From Opitutales bacterium (lineage in GTDB: Bacteria; Verrucomicrobiota; Verrucomicrobiia; Opitutales; PNEW01), in assembly GCA_965197745.1 (NCBI GenBank), contig CBDANS010000007.1:1088001-1152000 (forward strand): 64,000 nucleotides of DNA, given 5' to 3'. The position numbers were made by a program, and so were the translations under genes. How positions within the stretch are numbered: position 1 is the first letter of the stretch; each line of letters opens with the position of its first letter. The notes under the pieces were generated by a model that ran no database searches, was not told the DNA's origin, and worked only from the letters and a program-made list of their open reading frames with translations. Shown piece by piece: positions 11,311-21,218 of this stretch.

Positions 11311-11374
11311 GTTCTCGAGCGCTGAAGAGTGATGAGAGCGTTTTGATGGGCTGGGGTATACCTGGGATACCCCT
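11311..11374 (+). repeat. Island repeat (short form, complete)
   Basis: gttctcgagcgctgaagagtgatgagagcgttttgatgggctggggtatacctgggatacccct. Confidence 0.9.
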
Positions 11375-11447
11375 TGGACGATTTAACAGTTCAGATTGCT
11401 ACCAAATTTTAAGAAATCTTAAACTTATATGAGAGGGTGTGCACTCT

Positions 11448-11741
11448 TCAAACTACTTTATTGATAATATTCCCTATCTCATCAGCCGAAAAGGCCCGCA
11501 GTGTTTGCGTCCGAACATTCCCCAACGATCCGACGCTTAGTCCAAGAGCAGTTATCGACTCATCGTCAGGTGCATCCATGGTTATAACTAAATCGTATTG
11601 GCCCAGAGTCCAGAATATATCTTTAACGGTAACACCAGCATCCTTCGCCATTGACTTGAAAGCTTCAGCTCGTTTTTCCGTTTCCTTAACATTGCGTATT
11701 CCCTGGTCGGTGAAATTTCCAAGCACTATATAATTTGCCAT
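11448..11741 (-). CDS. GYD-domain protein
   Basis: FTDQGIRNV, WTLGQYD, GNVRTQTLRAF. Confidence 0.88.
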   Translation of the reverse strand: MANYIVLGNFTDQGIRNVKETEKRAEAFKSMAKDAGVTVKDIFWTLGQYDLVITMDAPDDESITALGLSVGSLGNVRTQTLRAFSADEIGNIINKVV

Positions 11742-11874
11742 TTTGAACCCCCTTTATTGATGTTATATTGATTACCAGTCACAGTTAAATATTACCCTTT
11801 AAATGTGAAAATCAAGTAATGGGGAAAGGAATATAATTGTCACCCCCCACAAATCCCCCAAGCCCTACCTTCAT

Positions 11875-11912
11875 GTTCTCAAGCCACAGCTAGCGGTGAG
11901 AGCGTTTTGATG
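11875..11912 (+). repeat. Island repeat, left half plus linker, truncated at TTGATG
   Basis: gttctcaagccacagctagcggtgagagcgttttgatg, near-identical to the 19042 copy. Confidence 0.8.
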
Positions 11913-11977
11913 CCACTTTCGCTAATGAGGATGGCATTGACATCAGTGTTACAGTGGAAGAGATGGTGATTGAGTAA
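11909..11977 (+). pseudogene. 22-codon C-terminal remnant of a paralog of the 658-aa protein at 24309..26285
   Basis: Translates as DATFANEDGIDISVTVEEMVIE* versus DATFANEDGDEITVAIDEITIE*. Confidence 0.8.
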
Positions 11978-11995
11978 TCCTAGCTTTAATTTCCA

Positions 11996-12042
11996 CTGCT
12001 TTCAGGACGCAGAGTTTCCCCTTTACCTATGCGGGTTTCAGG
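11996..12042 (+). other. att-like sequence (tRNA-Pro anticodon arm plus flank), inverted copy of 23697-23743
   Basis: 43/47 nt identical to the reverse complement of 23697-23743. Confidence 0.75.
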
Positions 12043-12120
12043 GGCAGTTGCCAGAAAACAGAATATTTGGCAACTATTGTGAATTTTCAACTACTCGCGA
12101 TAGGTTCTGAGATCAAAATG

Positions 12121-12510
12121 TTAATTTATATTTTTGCTTTGGGAAAGCATTATTTTGATTACTTTCTTAACATCATTCGATGATAGAATGGAATGAAGAG
12201 ATCTAATAAATTCTTCTTCATTTTCGACTTTATATTCTTCATTTGATATTTCGTTAAAAATTTTTAGAGGATAAAGAAAAAGTGGCTGTTCAATACGGAG
12301 CACGGTTACACTATAGTCGTCTAAATTTTGTGCTAAGATATCAAGTCTGATAGTGATTGTATTTGCAGATATGATGGGCCAAACTTGTCCTCTAAGAGTT
12401 CCATTTGTCTGTGTTCCTAAAATTTCTGCTTGCTTTTTGAGTATTGTAAATGGCGGTGTTATGTCATCACCAGTTGGCAGATCACCCCATAAATTTTCAT
12501 CTTTATTCAT
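12121..12510 (-). CDS. Hypothetical protein (AT-rich)
   Basis: 129-aa ORF with upstream AAAGGA RBS; no family recognised. Confidence 0.6.
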   Translation of the reverse strand: MNKDENLWGDLPTGDDITPPFTILKKQAEILGTQTNGTLRGQVWPIISANTITIRLDILAQNLDDYSVTVLRIEQPLFLYPLKIFNEISNEEYKVENEEEFIRSLHSILSSNDVKKVIKIMLSQSKNIN

Positions 12511-12602
12511 GATAGCACCATCCTTTCTATCTCAATTTCAAAATCAAGGGGAAAATGGTCATCGCCAATGTCATAATGCGTATGATCGAGGTCAAACGTA
12601 AA

Positions 12603-12789
12603 GGGTCAGACTGCGAATTCTTTGATTTTATTCAAAGTTCTGTAGGCTTTACTTCTGTTCTTCTGCTCACGCCGAAAGATACTAACATAGAGTTCGTCGT
12701 TACTTTCAATCCTTGGCTTTCGAGCCATTCTCTCGCAATTCCAGTTCTCCCATAGTTTCTTATAAATCAAAGAATTCGCAGTCTGACCC
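12603..12789. repeat. REP/MITE-like element with 26-bp perfect inverted ends (GGGTCAGACTGCGAATTCTTTGATTT)
   Basis: 12603-12628 is the reverse complement of 12764-12789. Confidence 0.8.
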
Positions 12790-14362
12790 GAATGGCGTTA
12801 AGATAAGGGATAGAATGAGTGCAATAGATGCTTGTACAGGGACCGTTGGAGAGCTACCCTAACGAGCATGCAAAAACAAAACTTAACTCGTTATTTTCCA
12901 GGATTTAATCAGGTCCTGTTCGGTCGTGCTCCCCGAACAGCCCTTGCACAGATGGAGGGTAAGCTGGTAGAAATACGGCGGTCAAGTCTTTCCGAGCTAT
13001 CGGATATCTTCGGGCAGTGGGTGCCGCAAAAGTATTTACACCGGAAGCCTCGAGGGGCTAACAGCCGGCGGAGATTGTTCAGCCAAAACGTGACCTTCTG
13101 GGCATTTTTGTTCCAAGTGCTCTCACCACGGACTGCCTGCCGGGAAGTGGTGCGCAAGCTCCAGAGCTATTGCAGCATGAAGGGGCTGAAGTTGGCTAAA
13201 GGAACGGCCTCGGCCTACTGTCAGGCGAGGCAACGGCTGTTGGTGCAAGACCTGCACGGGATCCATGAAGCGATCAGTGAAGAGGTGGCCGGGAGAGTGA
13301 CCGACGATCAACGGTGGAAAGGTCACGAGGTAAAAGTGGTCGACGGCACGGGTATCGCCACCGCCGATACGCCGTGCTTGCAGAGGTGTTACCCACAGCC
13401 TTCGCAGCAACGAAGCGGCTGCGGCTTTCCGGTGGTGAAGCTGGTGGGCTGTTTTTCTTTAGCCAGTGGGGCGCTTTTACACTGGATGGAGTCCTCACTA
13501 AGGCATCATGACAGTGTGCTGTTGCGGGGCATGATCGGATTTTTTCAAAAGGGTGATGTGGTCCTTGCCGACCGGGGATTTTGCTCTTACCTCAATATTG
13601 CCCTGCTTAAAGGCCGCGGTGCTGAAGCGGTCATGCGTTTGCATCAGCAACGAAGAAGCGACTTTCGTCAGGGCAGGTCCTTGGGTAGGTATGACCGGCT
13701 GATCATGTGGAAGAAGCCGCAAAATGTCTTCGGCTTCAGTCGCGAGCAGTGGCGGCAAATCCCTGATGAGATCCCCGTACGGCTGGTGAAGATTTTCATT
13801 TTCATCAAAGGTTTCCGCGCCCATAGCGTAGACCTCGTGACTACCTTGAGCGATCCTCACCAATACTCCCACCACGATCTCGGAGAATTATACTATCGGC
13901 GCTGGGCAGTGGAGCTTTACTTTCGCCACATCAAAACCACCATGGGGATGGAGATCCTGCGCTCTCGCTCGGTCGCTCTCGTGCGCAAAGAGATTGCGAT
14001 GTTTGCCATCGCCTACAATCTCTCATCCGCGCTCTTTTGCAGCAAGCTGCCAGTGCCTTCCACCGCGACCTCTCCCGGCTAAGCTTCAAGGGGGCTGTTG
14101 ACACCCTCCGCCAATATCAAAGTGCGCTCGCGGCCACCCGGTTTAATCCCAGAGCCCAACGATCTGTCATTGACGAGATGATACACCTCATTGCCCTCGA
14201 ATCGGTCCCCCTACGTCCCTTCCGATACGAACCAAGAGTCCTCAAACGTAGACCTATACCTTTCCAACGATTGACTCATCCACGAGCCATGATGACCGTC
14301 TCTGCTTCACGAAAAAACAAAGGCTTTTATCATCCTAAACCACCCTTATCTTAACGCCATTC
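12790..14362 (+). mobile_element. IS4-family element, 20-bp perfect IRs, 11-bp TSD; transposase frameshifted near 14020
   Basis: IR GAATGGCGTTAAGATAAGGG (12790-12809 / 14343-14362); TSD CAGTCTGACCC (12779-12789 / 14363-14373); VVDGT, LADRGF and YYRRWAVELYFRHIK (YREK) motifs. Confidence 0.94.
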
Positions 14363-14384
14363 CAGTCTGACCCTATTTCTTCTG

Positions 14385-14466
14385 CCCAGCCACAGCACAG
14401 TGCTGGTGAGTGCATATCAAGGCGTGAGGACGTTTTGATTGGGAAGGTATACGCCTAGATACCCCT
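14385..14466 (+). repeat. Island repeat (long form)
   Basis: cacagcacagtgctggtgagtgc..gtgaggacgttttgattgggaaggtatacgcctagatacccct. Confidence 0.85.
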
Positions 14467-14543
14467 TGATCTAAAAAAATGCTCAATATATTTTAGTTCT
14501 AAGAGAAGCAAATTAAGATAGATACAGAAGGAGGTGAACGACC

Positions 14544-14942
14544 ATGAGGAAAGAAGAAAATGTAAACATAGTGCGGGAAATTTACGCGAACTTTGGTCGG
14601 GGGAACATCCCTAGCATACTGAATGTCCTAGCGGATGATATTGTGTTTAAGCAGCCGACAGCAGGTCCATCACCGCTTGCTGGCACTTATCATGGACCTG
14701 AGCAAGTCGGAGAATGGTTTGGCAAGTTGGATGAAGTGGCAGAATCTCAGAACTTCGAGCCTCGAGAGTTCATCGCTCAGGGAAACAAGGTAATCGTCCT
14801 AGGTTACTACAAGTTTCTGGCAAAACCCACAAATAAAACATGGGAAGCTGAGTGGGTGATGGTATGGACTTTCAAAGAGAGCAAGGTAGTAGGGTTCCAG
14901 TTCTTCGGTGATACTGCTGCTGAAACCGCAGCTTTCTCATGA
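14544..14942 (+). CDS. SnoaL/NTF2-like family protein
   Basis: ENVNIVREIYANFGRGNI, GTYHG, EFIAQGNKVIVLG; AGGAGG RBS. Confidence 0.85.
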   Translation: MRKEENVNIVREIYANFGRGNIPSILNVLADDIVFKQPTAGPSPLAGTYHGPEQVGEWFGKLDEVAESQNFEPREFIAQGNKVIVLGYYKFLAKPTNKTWEAEWVMVWTFKESKVVGFQFFGDTAAETAAFS

Positions 14943-14970
14943 AGCTAGTTTCTCCCAGTCTTAACTTAGT

Positions 14971-15036
14971 ATTCTCGAGTACTGAAGAGCGATGACGACG
15001 TTTTTATGAGTGGGGGTATACCTAGGGGATCCCCCT
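14971..15036 (+). repeat. Island repeat (short form)
   Basis: attctcgagtactgaagagcgatgacgacgtttttatgagtgggggtatacctaggggatccccct. Confidence 0.85.
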
Positions 15037-16370
15037 TAAAATCCAAGGACACGAAAAGCTAATCCTGGCCGCATGAGGCTTTCTGGTGGTTTAACCAAGG
15101 ACAATGTATCCAGCAACGCCCGTCGGACTTCTAACCTTTTTTCGGCTTTGGCAAACAGACGTTTAACATACCAATTGATAAAATTCAGTTTCAAAGGTCT
15201 TCTGCCACGGGTCTGTGGATAAGCAAGATCAGACCCAGAAGTCAGTTCCCACGCCCAGTTTGCGCCAACGTTACCCATCTGGCTCCGAAATCTATCTGAA
15301 AATCCATTCAGGGTGCTGCCTTTTTCGGCGAGAGCTGAGAGACTATTCCACAGGAACACACCCTCTTTAGCAGCCTTTGTCATGCCTTGGCCATAAATTG
15401 GATTAAGTTTACATACTGCATCACCCATGACTAATAATCTATCAGGAAAAGTCTTCAGGCGATCGAAACGTTGTAAGTGGCACGATGGGATCCGGTAGCT
15501 TCTGAACTCCGAAACTGGTGTGGCATTTTGAAGGAATTCTGAAATATCGGGTGCATCCAATTTTTGAGCGAAAGCTTGGAAACCAGCGTCGTCTGAAGGG
15601 GCATTCTCACCGAAGTATCCCCAAAGAGTTACAATCCATTGATTGTCTTCAACTCTCTCCATTACACCCCCGAGCCATCCCTTAGGCGCATTCGGATTGA
15701 GTAAAAGCAAATTCCAATCAGGTGAAAATTCTGGAGCTTTGAAAAGGCGACTGGTGTAAGAAATGTCAACCTCTACAATTTCTGTTTCAGGTGCATCAAA
15801 ACCCAAGCCAAGCAACTCTTTCGGTAGTGTGGATGCACTACCACGAGCATCAACTGTGAGATCGGAGTCGAGTTGAATTTCTTTATCTGGACCCCTGGCA
15901 ACAATGCCCATGACGCTTTTTCCTGATGGATCGGTTATCCACTCTGAGAATCTATAACCCTGCATGAACTCGACATTATTAAGACCTGCTACATATTGCC
16001 TAAGGTAGTATTCGTAAAACGGTCGGGTCGATCCGATAAAAGTTTGGTTGGTTTCTCCTCGTGCCAACCATTTGCCGAAATGTCTCCACTTCAATTCACT
16101 TCCTCCATCAAAGATGTGTGCCCCATTAGAAACCAGTTGCTCAATTACCTCTGGCATTAACTGCTTTAAAGCTTCGTAAGAGGGTGGTAATATTCCGTGA
16201 ATGTGATTCCCTTGTGGCACTCCCTTTCGTGGACTAAAATGTGTCTCCAAGTTGTCCCTCTCGACAACAACAACTCTCTCGAAGAAGTCAGCCAATGCAC
16301 GAGCCGCGAAAAGTCCAGCGACACTTGCGCCAACAACTACAGCTTGACTGGAAAGCAAATGTTTAGCCAT
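15036..16370 (-). CDS. FAD-dependent monooxygenase/oxidoreductase
   Basis: GASVAGL, RKGVPQGNHIH, DARG, GDAVCKLNPIYGQGMT. Confidence 0.88.
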   Translation of the reverse strand: MAKHLLSSQAVVVGASVAGLFAARALADFFERVVVVERDNLETHFSPRKGVPQGNHIHGILPPSYEALKQLMPEVIEQLVSNGAHIFDGGSELKWRHFGKWLARGETNQTFIGSTRPFYEYYLRQYVAGLNNVEFMQGYRFSEWITDPSGKSVMGIVARGPDKEIQLDSDLTVDARGSASTLPKELLGLGFDAPETEIVEVDISYTSRLFKAPEFSPDWNLLLLNPNAPKGWLGGVMERVEDNQWIVTLWGYFGENAPSDDAGFQAFAQKLDAPDISEFLQNATPVSEFRSYRIPSCHLQRFDRLKTFPDRLLVMGDAVCKLNPIYGQGMTKAAKEGVFLWNSLSALAEKGSTLNGFSDRFRSQMGNVGANWAWELTSGSDLAYPQTRGRRPLKLNFINWYVKRLFAKAEKRLEVRRALLDTLSLVKPPESLMRPGLAFRVLGF

Positions 16371-16386
16371 AACCTAACATACCCCT
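16368..16386 (+). repeat. Island repeat, right-end remnant (..ATACCCCT)
   Basis: tacccctctcaa context is identical to 6831-6842; both precede the stop of a TPR paralog. Confidence 0.55.
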
Positions 16387-16398
16387 CTCAAATATAAC

Positions 16399-18417
16399 TT
16401 ACTCCTCCAACCCCACCTTCCTCACAAGCTCTATGAAACGGGGATCTGATCGAAGAAAGTCAAATGCTGGCGTTATCTTTAAGAATCTAAGAATAACACC
16501 TCGGTGCTCGTAGACTTGCTCAAGAAACTCCAAGGTTTGTTCCTTTTCGTTTAACTCAGCATATAGCAAAGCGAATGCATAATAGGGTGGAAATCCATGC
16601 CTCGCAATAATAGCTTTTTTCTGCGCTTGCTCGAGTGATTCTAAAGCTTTTTCCTTCTGCCCCATTTTGACATAGAAGTGAGCAAGATAATAATCAGGGT
16701 CCTTATTTTTCTCGGAGTATATGAAGTTTCTATAGTCTAGACCATTGAATTCAAGAAAACATACACCGATTTTAGGATCAGCCTCGAGTTTGGGTGGAAG
16801 AGACATTGGGATTCCTGTCCGTTTATACTTGATCACATTTTTACAGAAAAGCCACAACGTTTCCTCATCTATAGAGATAGCCTTCTGCTCAGACCACCGA
16901 CTGAACGCATCGACAGCCTCGTCAATCCTTTCAGCCTTAAGATGTAATACCCCTATATTATTCAAATACCATTGTACTGCCTGGCGTTCCGGGTAAAGCA
17001 TGATTGTCTTTTCATACTGCTGAATAGCTGCATCGTCCTGTCCTGCAATTTCAAGCAACATTGCGAGCGCACCATTGTAGGTGTGAGATATAGGATCCAA
17101 CTCCAAGGCCTTATTTCCTCCCATCAAAGCCTCATCAAAACGACCCATGCTCGCCAGCATCATCGAATACCAATGGTGTGTGTCCGCATATTCCGGGTTT
17201 GAATCAATGGCCAGCAGAAATTCCTTTTCGGCACCACGCATGTCGTAGCTGTTACGCTTCATAAAACCAAGGAGGGCATGAGCTTCGGCAAGGTTCGGGT
17301 CAAGAGTGAGAGCATTCTCCAATGCTTCTTGGCTTTGTGTGATGTAGTCCTTTCTAAATGCAATTCTTTCAGCTACTGATATGTTTTCTGGAGGACGGTT
17401 TTGCGAAAAGAGAATAGCACTAGCAAGACCAGAGTATGCGAGCGCATAGTTTGGATCCAAGGCAATGGCCTCCTTGAAGTGTTTAATTGCAGTTTTTAAA
17501 TATTCCGTTGTCTGCTCATCCGTGACGATTCGTTTGTTCCAAAGATAAAGACCTTGAAGGTAATGGTCGTAAGCTTCGATATTTGTAGTCGAGAGTTTAA
17601 TTAAAGGAGCACCTGCTTTACCTATGAGTTTAACATGAAGTGCATTGGCAATTGCCTGTGAGATTTCATCTTGGATGGCGAAGACGCTCTTTAACTCTCG
17701 TTCATAAGTCTTCGACCAGAGATGAAAGTTATCAGCAGCATTGTTAAGTTGAGCTGTGATCCGGATGGAGTTTCCCTCCTTTCGCACGCTCCCTTCGAGC
17801 ACGGTTGTGACGTTGAGTTGCTCGCCAATCGTGGATATGGCCTCATTTCTGAGACGAAACGAAGAGGTTCGAGCAGCTACACGCAACCCTTCGACCTGAG
17901 CGAGAGCGTTCAGGATTTCCTCTGCCATACCCTCGCCGAAGTATTCCTGATCTTTATTCGGGCTCATGTCGCGGAAGGGGAGGACGGCGATGGACTTAAT
18001 CACAGACTCCGGTTCAGGCTCGGGCTCCGGTGCAGGTGCATTTCTCATTATTAAATACCCAATGACAGTTACCGCTAACAGCAATAATGGGATCAGACCG
18101 CCCAGGGCTGTGTTCCGCCATGTGAAAATCTTATGCCGATGAACCTTTTCCTCAGTGCCCCCTGTCGTTGAAGTGTCATCATCACCTGTCTGTTGGGGCT
18201 TTACCCTTTCCTGGACAAAGGCTGTTGCCACAACCATCGGGAAGCCGACAAGGAGCAACACTATTGCCATTGTTGGAGACCACTCAGGTAAACCGAGACT
18301 GGTCGTTAAATGCTGAACGACCTGCAAGACAATCCAACTGCCAACAAGGTAGATTAATATCACCTGCCATAGTGAACGTCGATGAATCTCGTGGATAAGC
18401 TTGGTTAAGCTGGGCAT
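16399..18417 (-). CDS. Membrane-anchored TolB-N-like/TPR-repeat protein (intact paralog)
   Basis: 3 N-terminal TM segments, SIAVLPF..DQEYFGEGMAEEILNAL, multiple ALDPNYALAY-type TPRs, FDFLRSDPRF tail. Confidence 0.88.
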   Translation of the reverse strand: MPSLTKLIHEIHRRSLWQVILIYLVGSWIVLQVVQHLTTSLGLPEWSPTMAIVLLLVGFPMVVATAFVQERVKPQQTGDDDTSTTGGTEEKVHRHKIFTWRNTALGGLIPLLLLAVTVIGYLIMRNAPAPEPEPEPESVIKSIAVLPFRDMSPNKDQEYFGEGMAEEILNALAQVEGLRVAARTSSFRLRNEAISTIGEQLNVTTVLEGSVRKEGNSIRITAQLNNAADNFHLWSKTYERELKSVFAIQDEISQAIANALHVKLIGKAGAPLIKLSTTNIEAYDHYLQGLYLWNKRIVTDEQTTEYLKTAIKHFKEAIALDPNYALAYSGLASAILFSQNRPPENISVAERIAFRKDYITQSQEALENALTLDPNLAEAHALLGFMKRNSYDMRGAEKEFLLAIDSNPEYADTHHWYSMMLASMGRFDEALMGGNKALELDPISHTYNGALAMLLEIAGQDDAAIQQYEKTIMLYPERQAVQWYLNNIGVLHLKAERIDEAVDAFSRWSEQKAISIDEETLWLFCKNVIKYKRTGIPMSLPPKLEADPKIGVCFLEFNGLDYRNFIYSEKNKDPDYYLAHFYVKMGQKEKALESLEQAQKKAIIARHGFPPYYAFALLYAELNEKEQTLEFLEQVYEHRGVILRFLKITPAFDFLRSDPRFIELVRKVGLEE

Positions 18418-18539
18418 GGCTATTACAGCAAAGATGATGAATGCTCGTTAGGGAACTGGACCTTCAGCTTGAAGTTTTTGGATAAAACTGTAAAGGATGA
18501 AGCAATTGACTGTGAGATGGGCTCTTTCTTATATTAACC

Positions 18540-18565
18540 ATTCTCAAGCTTCAGCAAGAGAGTTT
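18540..18565 (+). repeat. Island repeat, left-half remnant
   Basis: taaccattctcaagc context matches 10081-10095. Confidence 0.55.
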
Positions 18566-18680
18566 ACAGAATTGCTTGATCCTATCGCTTCTATGAATAG
18601 GATGCCCAGTTAGCAGATGCGAAGAAGATAACTACAATATTTTAGGCCCCTTTACCCATCTCAACAATCAGGAGATTATA

Positions 18681-19022
18681 ATGATCTTTGAGATACGAAA
18701 CTATCATTTCAATCCAGCTCTTTTTGAATCCTACAAACAATGGGCAAAGAGCGAGGCGACTCCATATTTATTTAGCAAACTCGACATTGTTGGCTTCTGG
18801 GTAAATACCAGTGACGAACCTGAAGTAAGGGGCCAGCCGCAAGACGATCTCGGATCAGCTAATATCACGTGGATTATCCGATGGAATGATATGGAACATC
18901 GGAATAGAGTTCTCCCTGATGTTCTTTCAAGCCCTGAATGGCAGACAATTTTCACCAGAGTTCCTGGTGGTAGAGCAAGCTATCTGCGCATAGAGTCCAA
19001 ATTTGCAGAGTCTCTTCAGTGA
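18681..19022 (+). CDS. NIPSNAP-family protein
   Basis: IFEIRNYH, IVGFW, WIIRWNDMEHR; AGGAG RBS. Confidence 0.75.
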   Translation: MIFEIRNYHFNPALFESYKQWAKSEATPYLFSKLDIVGFWVNTSDEPEVRGQPQDDLGSANITWIIRWNDMEHRNRVLPDVLSSPEWQTIFTRVPGGRASYLRIESKFAESLQ

Positions 19023-19041
19023 CAGCACTTCCTAACGTCTT

Positions 19042-19103
19042 GTGTCAAGCTACAGCGAGCGGTGAGAGCGTTTTGATGGGCTGGGGTATAGCTGAATACC
19101 CCT
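19042..19103 (+). repeat. Island repeat (short form)
   Basis: gtcaagctacagcgagcggtgagagcgttttgatgggctggggtatagctgaatacccct. Confidence 0.88.
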
Positions 19104-19163
19104 TGGGCTAACCAGCATTTTAAAATATTGTGGTCCCTACGAGAATAGGTTATTACGGATTGT

Positions 19164-19850
19164 ATGCAATCTAAGGTTGGAGCTGTTTCTGCAATTGCAG
19201 GAGCTATTATTCTGCTCGTTGGAACTTCCCTACATCCTATGGAGGAAGATCCAAACGATCCAGTTGCCGCATTTACAGAATACGCAGATGACTCACTGTG
19301 GGTAGGCAGTCATTTAACTCAGTTACTAGGCATCGTTTTAATTGTAGCAGCACTTCTTACACTAACCCACCTATTGACTAATGATAAAGGTGGCGGGTGG
19401 TCACAGTTTGGCTCAGCGTTTGCTATTTCTAGTTTGGCCATTGCAGCGGCTCTTCAAGCTGTAGATGGTATTGCGCTAAAGGTGATGGTAGACAATTGGG
19501 TGGCTGCACCAGAATCAGAGAAGATGGCTATTTTTCATGCTACAATTGGCGTCAGGCAAGTTGATGTAGGACTGGCCAGCATGTTCAGTATGTTTATCGG
19601 TTTAACTGTGGTGCTGTATGGTGTATCTATTGTGATGACCGATCGGTTTCCGAGCTGGCTAGGGTTGATCGCAATCTTTGGTGGCGGTGCGACAGTAACA
19701 GCTGGTGTAATGTATGCGTATACGGGGTTTTCAAAAGTAGCAATGTCTGTAAGCATGCCAGCAAGCTTGTTACTATTGCTTTGGTTGATTGTTCTTGGGG
19801 TAAGAATGTGGCGAGTAAGTAACAAATGTAATATTACACCCCATTCATAG
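19164..19850 (+). CDS. Integral membrane protein (DUF4386-like)
   Basis: About 6 hydrophobic helices, LHP..W...H motif. Confidence 0.6.
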   Translation: MQSKVGAVSAIAGAIILLVGTSLHPMEEDPNDPVAAFTEYADDSLWVGSHLTQLLGIVLIVAALLTLTHLLTNDKGGGWSQFGSAFAISSLAIAAALQAVDGIALKVMVDNWVAAPESEKMAIFHATIGVRQVDVGLASMFSMFIGLTVVLYGVSIVMTDRFPSWLGLIAIFGGGATVTAGVMYAYTGFSKVAMSVSMPASLLLLLWLIVLGVRMWRVSNKCNITPHS

Positions 19851-19856
19851 CTTACC

Positions 19857-19920
19857 ATTCTCGAGCGCTGAAGAGTGATGAGAGCGTTTAGTTAGCAGAG
19901 GGTATAGCTTATTTACCTTC
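19857..19920 (+). repeat. Island repeat (short form)
   Basis: attctcgagcgctgaagagtgatgagagcgtttag..gagggtatagcttatttaccttc; hairpin A matches the 11311 copy. Confidence 0.85.
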
Positions 19921-19952
19921 AGTGACAAAACGCTGTGGTTACTCGCTGTCGC

Positions 19953-20042
19953 TGTTCAGAGGTAAAATAAATGCTATATCTATGACCCCTTTTAGCCTTT
20001 CTTTGTTCAGGGGTAAAATTGATTCTGCATCTTTGACCCCTT
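19953..20042 (+). repeat. Two tandem imperfect copies of TGTTCAG(A/G)GGTAAAAT..TGACCCCTT (TGACCCC REP-like family)
   Basis: Direct inspection; TGACCCCTTTTAGCCTTTC recurs at 30722-30740. Confidence 0.55.
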
Positions 20043-20050
20043 ACAACTCC

Positions 20051-20108
20051 TCAACATTGACATCATTATCCGCATACGCGAATATACAGAACTTTAGAAC
20101 CACTTGTT
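20051..20108 (+). other. Putative integron attI-like site, copy 1
   Basis: 54/58 nt identical to 22098-22155; identity stops exactly after GTT. Confidence 0.6.
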
Positions 20109-20126
20109 ATCCCACGAGAGCCGACG

Positions 20127-21059
20127 ATGGTTATTGACTGCGAAACACACATATTCCCACGGTGCTTTGATTATCGTCGCTGTCACGTTGAGGACCAGCT
20201 CGAGGATATGAATCGCTGCGGCGTGGATCGGACCTTCCTCACGTTCTACTGTGACAGTACGCTCACCTCGCCATGCGGGGAGATCACGGATCCCAGTATC
20301 AAGCGGTTCGGTGACAGTGATGCGGAAGTCTGGGACTACTTCAAGGAATCATGGCTCGCGCATCAAGATAGATTCTTCTTCTTCAGTGTTCCCGATCCTC
20401 GTGAGCCGGACTGTATCGAACGACTCGAGGAGCAGTGCGAACTTGGGCTCCACGGCATCGGAGAAACCCAGCCGGCAACGCAGAACATTTTTCCGAATGG
20501 TCCCGAGTTCATGCGTGTATATCGGTTCGCGGCTGACAGAGGATTGCCGGTTGTGCTGACCATGGAACGATGGGAGGAGTGCCTGTGCTTTCGCGGCAGA
20601 TACTTCGATGAGTTCTTCGACATGTTTGAGCAAGTGATCCGGGAGTTTGAGGATGTCCGGTTCATGATCGGCCACAGCGGCGATTGCGGCAGTGTCCGTT
20701 CAAAGGATTGGGATACCTACCTGGAAAGCAACCTGCGGTGCTACGAATTGGCTGCAAAGCTGGACAATGTGTGGGTCTGCTCATGCATGCCATGGTGGTT
20801 TGCCGACAACAAGGTCAATCCTCTCCTGGAACGACAGGTCAGGTTCCTTAGAGACCACGTGGGCTTCTCGAAGGTGACATGGGGCAGTGACTGGCCGTAC
20901 AACGGTAGTGGTACGAGCTTCTCCTTCAGGAGTGACTACGGGACGGTGGTCGATTACTACCGTAACCTGCCATTCTGCAGTGAGGAGGAACTGGAGAGCC
21001 TCCTTGGCGGAGCGGCTTATGAGTTTGTCACCGGCCACAAGATCGACTCCGACAGCTAG
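20127..21059 (+). CDS. Amidohydrolase-family (Amidohydro_2) protein, integron-cassette-like
   Basis: VIDCETH, GIGE, IGHSG, WGSDWPY; GC-richer than its flanks. Confidence 0.8.
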   Translation: MVIDCETHIFPRCFDYRRCHVEDQLEDMNRCGVDRTFLTFYCDSTLTSPCGEITDPSIKRFGDSDAEVWDYFKESWLAHQDRFFFFSVPDPREPDCIERLEEQCELGLHGIGETQPATQNIFPNGPEFMRVYRFAADRGLPVVLTMERWEECLCFRGRYFDEFFDMFEQVIREFEDVRFMIGHSGDCGSVRSKDWDTYLESNLRCYELAAKLDNVWVCSCMPWWFADNKVNPLLERQVRFLRDHVGFSKVTWGSDWPYNGSGTSFSFRSDYGTVVDYYRNLPFCSEEELESLLGGAAYEFVTGHKIDSDS

Positions 21060-21218
21060 GAAGACCCGCGTGGGTCAACCGATGCATAGTGCACCGGTTG
21101 TCCCAAATTACTAGATCGTCCGGCTGCCATCTGTGTCGGTAGACAAATTGGGGTTGTACTGCTAACGCAGTAAGCTCTCTCAGAATACGCCTGCTCCCCC
21201 GATCAAATTCAAGCGGCC

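Noticed and set aside
6854..18417. Diversity-generating retroelement acting on the TPR paralogs
   Set aside because: No reverse transcriptase in the window, and the differences between copies are not adenine-specific
20057..20088. Canonical sigma-70 promoter in the attI-like repeat
   Set aside because: TTGACA is present, but the best -10 (TATACA) is 20 nt away, so it was not called
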